Below, piece by piece: positions 57,622-60,904 of a stretch of DNA of 60,904 nt. Origin of the DNA: an uncultured Bacilli bacterium (GTDB lineage Bacteria > Bacillota_I > Bacilli_A > RF39 > UBA660); NCBI GenBank assembly GCA_944332435.1, contig CALVJW010000004.1, positions 1-60,904 on the forward strand, written 5' to 3'. The translations under genes and the position numbers were made by a program. Each line of letters begins with the position of its first letter. Positions within the stretch are counted from its first letter, which is position 1. The notes beneath the pieces were generated by a model, which was given only the letters and a program-made list of their open reading frames with translations, did no database searches and was not told the DNA's origin.

Positions 57622-59787
57622 ATGGTAGTTGATGTATTAACGCAGATTAAAAGTCAGCAAGTGGATAAAACGTTTTCATATTTGGTACCAAAAGAATTAG
57701 AAAAAAAAGTGGTACCAGGAACAAGGGTTACCATTCCGTTTGGAAAACAGGTATTAGAAGGATTCGTTATCTCTTATCATGTAGATAAAAATTTTGATTA
57801 TGAATTAAAACCAATTTTAAATGTTGTAGATGAAGAACCCGTTTTAAATGAAGAATTATTAAAATTAGGAGATTATATTAGTAAAAAAACAATTTGTACG
57901 AAAACACAAGCTTATCAAGCAATGCTACCATCAGCATTAAAAGCAAAAAAAGGATTTATTGTACCAAAAAAATATGAAACTTATGTTGTATTAAAAGATA
58001 AGTCTTATGTTGGAAAAACAGAAACACAAAAAAAGATTTTACAATTATTTACTTCATCGGATAAAGTATCGAAAAAAGTGGCAAGCGAAATTTCTTCTTC
58101 TTCTTTAAAAACGCTATTAACGAAAAAAGTGATTGAAGAAGTAAAAGAAGAAGTATATCGTTTGGCTTTAGAGGAAACAAAAGAATTTATACGTCATTGT
58201 TTAAATGAAGAACAACAATCTGCTTATTTACAAATAAAAAAATCTTTTTCTACTTATCAACCTTTTTTACTTCATGGTGTTACCGGTAGTGGAAAAACAG
58301 AAGTATATATGCACTTAATTGAAGCGGTATTAAAACAGCAAAAAGAAGTAATCGTCTTAGTACCAGAAATTAGTTTAACACCACAGTTTGTATCATTATT
58401 TAAAAATAGATTTGGTCGTACGGTTGCAATATTACATAGTGGTTTATCAGATGGAGAAAAGTATGATGAATGGCGTAAAATTGTAAGAAAAGAAGTATCT
58501 ATTGTAATTGGGGCTAGAAGTGCAATATTTGCTCCTTTTACAAAACTTGGATTAATTATTATTGATGAAGAACATTCTAGTACTTATAAACAAGAAAATA
58601 TACCACATTACGACGCAATAGATATTGCTTTAAGACGGGGAAAATATCATCACTCTCCAGTTGTACTTGGTAGTGCAACACCATCAGTTGAAAGCTATAC
58701 AAAAGCGAAAAGTGGTAGTTATCAGTTACTTACAATGAAAGAAAGAGTGAATAAGAGCATGCCAACGATTCATCTTGTAGATATGAAAGAAGAGATGAAA
58801 CAAGGTAGGAGAATGATTTGTTCTTTGTTAGATGAAAAAATAAAAGAACGATTAGAAAAACGAGAACAAATAATTTTATTATTGAATCGTCGTGGGTTTT
58901 CAACTGTTTTAAGTTGTCATGACTGTGGATATACGGATAAATGTCCAAATTGTGATATCCCACTTACGTATCATAAAGCAAGTGGGAGAGAAAAATGTCA
59001 TTACTGTGGATATATGAAACCATTGCTTCAAATATGCCCTGAGTGTCATAGTAGGGAAATTTCACAATTTGGTATGGGCACACAAAAATTAGAAGAATAT
59101 TTAAAAGAGACTTATTCTGCTAGAATTTTACGTATGGATGTTGATACAACAACTAGAAAGGGTAGTCATAAAAAAATGATTGATTCGTTTTCCAATCATG
59201 AATACGATATCTTAGTGGGAACACAAATGATTGCCAAAGGATTAAATTTTAAAGATGTGACATTAGTAGGCGTATTACAAGCAGATAACAGTTTAAATAT
59301 TCCTGATTTTAGGAGTGGAGAAAGAACCTATCAATTACTAAGTCAAGTAGCAGGAAGAAGTGGGCGTGCTAATAAACTAGGAGAAGTAATATTTCAAGGA
59401 TTTAATATGGACCATTATAGTATAAAAAAAGCGAGTAAACATGATTATATGGGGTTTTACGAAGAGGAAATGAATTTAAGAAAAACATTAAACTATCCAC
59501 CATATTGTCAATTAGTAAGTATTAAAGTCAGTGGTAAAAAAATGGAAGAAGTAATGACAGAGATTACGAAGATTACGAATTTTTTAAGAAGAGAGTGTAA
59601 AAAAGAAGTGATATTAGGTCCAAGCCAAGCAATGATACCAAAAATAAATCTGATTTATTATATGCAGACAATTATGAAGTATCAAACATTAAAAGATGTT
59701 TATCCGATGCTACATTTTATTTATGAGAAATATAAAACAAAAAAGAATGTCTATGTTGAAGTGGATATCAATCCAAGTCGATTATAA
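57622..59787 (+). CDS. priA: Primosomal protein N' (replication restart helicase PriA)
   Basis: 'LLHGVTGSGKTEVY', 'IIDEEH', Cys-rich zinc region 'CHDCGY...CPNCD....H......CHYCG'. Start is the ATG behind AAAAGGAG..GAGGTG. Confidence 0.93.
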   Translation: MVVDVLTQIKSQQVDKTFSYLVPKELEKKVVPGTRVTIPFGKQVLEGFVISYHVDKNFDYELKPILNVVDEEPVLNEELLKLGDYISKKTICTKTQAYQAMLPSALKAKKGFIVPKKYETYVVLKDKSYVGKTETQKKILQLFTSSDKVSKKVASEISSSSLKTLLTKKVIEEVKEEVYRLALEETKEFIRHCLNEEQQSAYLQIKKSFSTYQPFLLHGVTGSGKTEVYMHLIEAVLKQQKEVIVLVPEISLTPQFVSLFKNRFGRTVAILHSGLSDGEKYDEWRKIVRKEVSIVIGARSAIFAPFTKLGLIIIDEEHSSTYKQENIPHYDAIDIALRRGKYHHSPVVLGSATPSVESYTKAKSGSYQLLTMKERVNKSMPTIHLVDMKEEMKQGRRMICSLLDEKIKERLEKREQIILLLNRRGFSTVLSCHDCGYTDKCPNCDIPLTYHKASGREKCHYCGYMKPLLQICPECHSREISQFGMGTQKLEEYLKETYSARILRMDVDTTTRKGSHKKMIDSFSNHEYDILVGTQMIAKGLNFKDVTLVGVLQADNSLNIPDFRSGERTYQLLSQVAGRSGRANKLGEVIFQGFNMDHYSIKKASKHDYMGFYEEEMNLRKTLNYPPYCQLVSIKVSGKKMEEVMTEITKITNFLRRECKKEVILGPSQAMIPKINLIYYMQTIMKYQTLKDVYPMLHFIYEKYKTKKNVYVEVDINPSRL

Positions 59788-59811
59788 TTTGACAATTCTT
59801 TTTTTTCTTGT

Positions 59812-60474
59812 ATGATAATTGCACAAGGAGAAAAGCATGAAAAATTTAATGATTATAATAAAAAAATATTGGAGCAATTTTACCATTTAGAACATCAAAA
59901 TGAATATTCTTATCCTCTTTTAGTAAGTCCTAAAATAAAAAAGTACGAACCAAAAACTATGTACATTGGTCAAGAAACAAATACTTGGTTAAAACATAAA
60001 AATGAAAAGATACCGGTAGAAGAAATTGAAGATGCGTATTATTTCTTTTTAAAAAATGGCTTGCCATCTACTTTGTTTTGGAAGTTTATTGAACAATCAT
60101 TTAATTTAGATAAAAAAGAAATTTATCAGAATATTATTTGGTGTAATTCTATTATTTGTGGTAAAAAATATGAAAAAGGAACACCTAAATTATCTCAGGA
60201 AATGATTGATATGAGTATTGACTATTTAGTTCATCTTTATTATGAATTTCATCCGGATTATATTTGTATTGTAGCCGGACCTAATAATCCATATTATTTT
60301 ATTATTAAAGCTTTTTTATCTACTATAAAAAAAGATAATATCATGTATCCAACAAGAAAAAACTTCTGTCAAATCAATGATTCGATTATATGGACTTATC
60401 ACCCTAATTATTTAAATCGAATTGGTAAAATAGGATCTACTATAGTGGAAGTAAATAAAGTAAGAAAAAAATAA
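59812..60474 (+). CDS. Hypothetical protein (220 aa) between priA and fmt
   Basis: ORF with no peptide deformylase motifs (no EGCLS or HEXXH) and no recognisable family. Confidence 0.5.
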   Translation: MIIAQGEKHEKFNDYNKKILEQFYHLEHQNEYSYPLLVSPKIKKYEPKTMYIGQETNTWLKHKNEKIPVEEIEDAYYFFLKNGLPSTLFWKFIEQSFNLDKKEIYQNIIWCNSIICGKKYEKGTPKLSQEMIDMSIDYLVHLYYEFHPDYICIVAGPNNPYYFIIKAFLSTIKKDNIMYPTRKNFCQINDSIIWTYHPNYLNRIGKIGSTIVEVNKVRKK

Positions 60475-60522
60475 TGGTATATATTTTTTTTCTTTTGTGT
60501 TAAAATAAAATTGGTGATAATA

Positions 60523-60904
60523 ATGAATATAGATGAGTTAAATGTAGAAAAAGAAATAAAAATTGTATTTATGGGAACTCCAGAATTTAGTGTTCCTGTA
60601 TTAGAAGGATTAATTGAAAATTATAAAGTAAAAGCAATTGTAACACAACCAGATCGTTTAGTTGGAAGAAAGCAAATTCTAACACCACCACCAGTTAAAA
60701 AAGTGGGGGAAAAACATACGATTTTAGTATTACAACCAGAAAAGATTAAAGAACATGTAGAAGAAATTGTTGCATTACGACCAGACTTAATTATTACTTG
60801 TGCTTATGGTCAAATTTTACCAAAGGCAATTTTAGATGCGCCAAGATTAGGATGTATTAATGTTCATGCATCATTACTTCCTAGATTACGTGGTGGGGCA
60901 CCAA
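60523..60904 (+). CDS. fmt: Methionyl-tRNA formyltransferase, 3' end cut by the window edge
   Basis: '[15 protein letters not shown]', 'VVTQPDR..GR', '[18 protein letters not shown]'. Confidence 0.9.
   Translation, partial: MNIDELNVEKEIKIVFMGTPEFSVPVLEGLIENYKVKAIVTQPDRLVGRKQILTPPPVKKVGEKHTILVLQPEKIKEHVEEIVALRPDLIITCAYGQILPKAILDAPRLGCINVHASLLPRLRGGAP

Noticed and set aside
1-60904. CRISPR arrays, rRNA genes, large tandem repeats, transposase/IS elements, prophage structural genes
   Set aside because: Reading the intergenic regions showed no regularly spaced direct repeats and no rRNA-like sequence. No transposase or phage structural motifs were seen. The only recombinase is the serine recombinase at 20112..21680.

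Overview
Very AT-rich chromosomal segment that looks like a spore-forming Bacillota genome, possibly Erysipelotrichia- or Clostridia-like. That placement is a guess from gene content and codon style; no searches were run. Most of the window is ordinary housekeeping: rnj, ftsY-ylxM, ffh, scpA-scpB, tRNA-Leu(CAA), uvrA, deoD-add, sepF-divIVA, a T-box leader with ileS, sigK, priA and fmt. There are also cell-wall enzymes (three VanY-type M15 peptidases and a PBP5-type carboxypeptidase), transporters and two pairs of M16 peptidases. The main finding is at 18113..22456. A CotD-like spore-coat gene is cut into two colinear, in-frame halves by a 4053-bp insert. The insert encodes a large serine recombinase, a TM2-HNH nuclease and a stand-alone C39-like cysteine peptidase. 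It is bounded by a shared CAAG core and perfect 12-bp terminal inverted repeats, so it looks like a skin-like, potentially sporulation-excised intervening element. Other points worth a second look: (1) two diverged partner-less HerA/DUF87 ATPases, one co-transcribed with ftsY-ylxM and separating them from ffh; (2) a module of a SipW-cognate secreted protein, a membrane-domain::SipW fusion and a DUF5305-like protein; (3) duplicated ileS 3' end and terminator segments around an inserted cassette; (4) a pilin-like gene at the window start with a decayed, internally deleted copy about 49 kb away. All product calls rest on motif recognition by eye and on remembered family signatures. Several start codons were moved from the supplied ORF track to the ATG or GTG with the best RBS. 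No CRISPR array or rRNA was seen.
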